Below are positions 57,605 to 58,930 of a DNA stretch of 58,930 bases, piece by piece. The notes below the pieces were generated by a model. It was not told the origin of the DNA and ran no database searches. It worked only from the letters and a program-made list of their open reading frames with translations. Positions within the stretch are counted from its first letter, which is position 1; each line of letters begins with the position of its first letter. The DNA is from a virus (lineage: Duplodnaviria > Caudoviricetes). Where the stretch lies: the IMG/VR virus record IMGVR_UViG_3300049488_000015, positions 1 through 58,930 of that record; one strand, given 5' to 3'. Made by a program: the position numbers and the translations under genes.

Positions 57605-58715
57605 GGAACGAGCACTTAGCAGTCCTGATGCACTCGCTATTACCTTCTAATTCAACTTGTGGTTAAATAGTGCTGCGGTAAAACGGGGTCACTGACAAGC
57701 TTTCCCGAGCCCGCTTCCTCCTTTCTTGTGAAAAGTTGGAAATGTCAGTGACTTAAAGCGGGTCAATAACCTGGCCTAGACAGGTAGCACAACCGCCACG
57801 CCCTGTGGGCGAGTATTGTGGTATTGACTTAAAGACATGTGTTAGTTGAACCTTGACGCCTGTTCCTGACATGACACCTAACCGAACAACTAACTATGGA
57901 GCTGCCTGAAGATTCGAAAACTAATAACCCAGATAGGGATATAAGTAGCAACAAACAGCTCCACACTTAGCTCTTGGCGGGATAGCATTCACAGACACCT
58001 ATACAAGTTTCCTAGAGATTCATGACGATCTCACCGCCTTGCAGTCGTTCCATATAACGTCATATGCCCAGGCATACTGAACGACAATCTGCTATTCATC
58101 ACCCGCCAAGAGTGTTGGATCCTGCCATCCATAGAGGTTTAGGCCATGAACGTAGTATATGCGAAGCTCAGGGGAAGACTTCGCAGAATCATAGTCACTC
58201 CCAAAGTGACCCAAGATCCAACACTATTGGCGCCGGGAGCTGCAATACAGGATACCCGATTAGGCAACTGTCCTGCACTCGGCCGAGCTGCTATTTGCAA
58301 CTCCCGACTAGGGGCTTCAAGAACAGTTCGGACGGCCAAGGCTTTTACTACCGCGACCCGATTCACTCCAACATAACCAGAGCTACGCCAGCTTCAAGGC
58401 ACTATTCTTTTATTAACATTCCGTAGCAGCTAGGCCCTGCTCGGCCAATTTAGGTTTTATATTCCAGTTCAGGGTAACAGTATATTGATGGTCATACCCC
58501 GCTGTTACCCGGGAGTCCCTGCATTGATGACCACATTAATTATAGAGCTCCAAAGAGATAAATTAACGCAAACTTCTATGCAGGGCTGACAGTGCTGTGT
58601 TCGGTTTCGTTTTTCAAGTGAAGCCATTGTAACGAGTAACAGTTTGATGGGCAAGAATCTGTGCAGGATAGGAGTGCTTAACGATCGCAAAGACTTCACA
58701 GGGATATCGCCCACT
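57605..58715. ncRNA. candidate large structured ncRNA or ncRNA array
   Basis: Consecutive inverted-repeat-closed domains with nested hairpins; no credible ORF; adjacent to the tRNA. Confidence 0.55.
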
Positions 58716-58752
58716 ATTTTTAGGAATGTATATGCACGTATAAACTGAAGGG

Positions 58753-58930
58753 GTTAGAGTATGTTAGACATTGTTAGAGCAGCATACTTAGAGATACAGG
58801 CGCACACGTATAGCAAGAAATGTACCAGTCTAATAAATAGGAAGTATCTGGTATTAGTAGATGTAGAGTATATCAAGTGAGGAATTAGATAGAGGGATAG
58901 ACAGGGAATTCTAAAGATATGGAGAATTGG
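58753..58930. repeat. C-poor terminal tract with TAGA-type repeats
   Basis: GTTAGA at 58753, 58763 and 58773 (10-bp period); further TTAGA/GTAGA/ATAGA copies to the end. Confidence 0.5.

Noticed and set aside
58064-58426. 120-aa ORF and overlapping short ORFs in the structured region
   Set aside because: No SD, no protein-like motifs; the region is better explained by RNA structure
57605-58715. CRISPR array, group I/II intron or tandem terminators
   Set aside because: No identical direct repeats, no interrupted host gene or recognisable intron core, and stems lack U tracts
1-58930. Direct terminal repeats
   Set aside because: No match seen between the first and last bases of the window; end type cannot be determined from this sequence

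Overview
The window looks like a near-complete ~59 kb genome of a lytic, long-tailed dsDNA phage (siphovirus architecture). Its gene content resembles the queuosine-pathway phages (Seurat/9g/NP1-like); this placement is an inference and no search was run. The + strand (~600-27055) carries small early genes behind sigma70-type promoters. It continues with replication and nucleotide metabolism genes: primase, dUTPase, RNase H, ThyA, ligase, AAA ATPase, DUF669 SSB, dCTP deaminase, Cas4-like exonuclease, SF2 helicase, sliding clamp and family B polymerase. It also carries a 7-deazaguanine DNA-modification system (QueE, QueC, QueD, FolE, DpdA). The - strand (27152-57604) carries tRNA-Thr(UGU), terminases, portal, scaffold, capsid, a fibre module, a lysis cassette, head-tail and tail genes. 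No integrase or repressor was recognised. Four signals stand out. (1) About 1.25 kb of apparently non-coding sequence around the tRNA is tiled by back-to-back helix-closed domains, a candidate large ncRNA or ncRNA array. (2) FolE is fused to a purine phosphoribosyltransferase-like domain. (3) QueC has lost all four Zn-binding cysteines. (4) The RadD-like helicase ends in the bacterial SSB tail motif DDIPF. All product calls come from motif recognition by eye.
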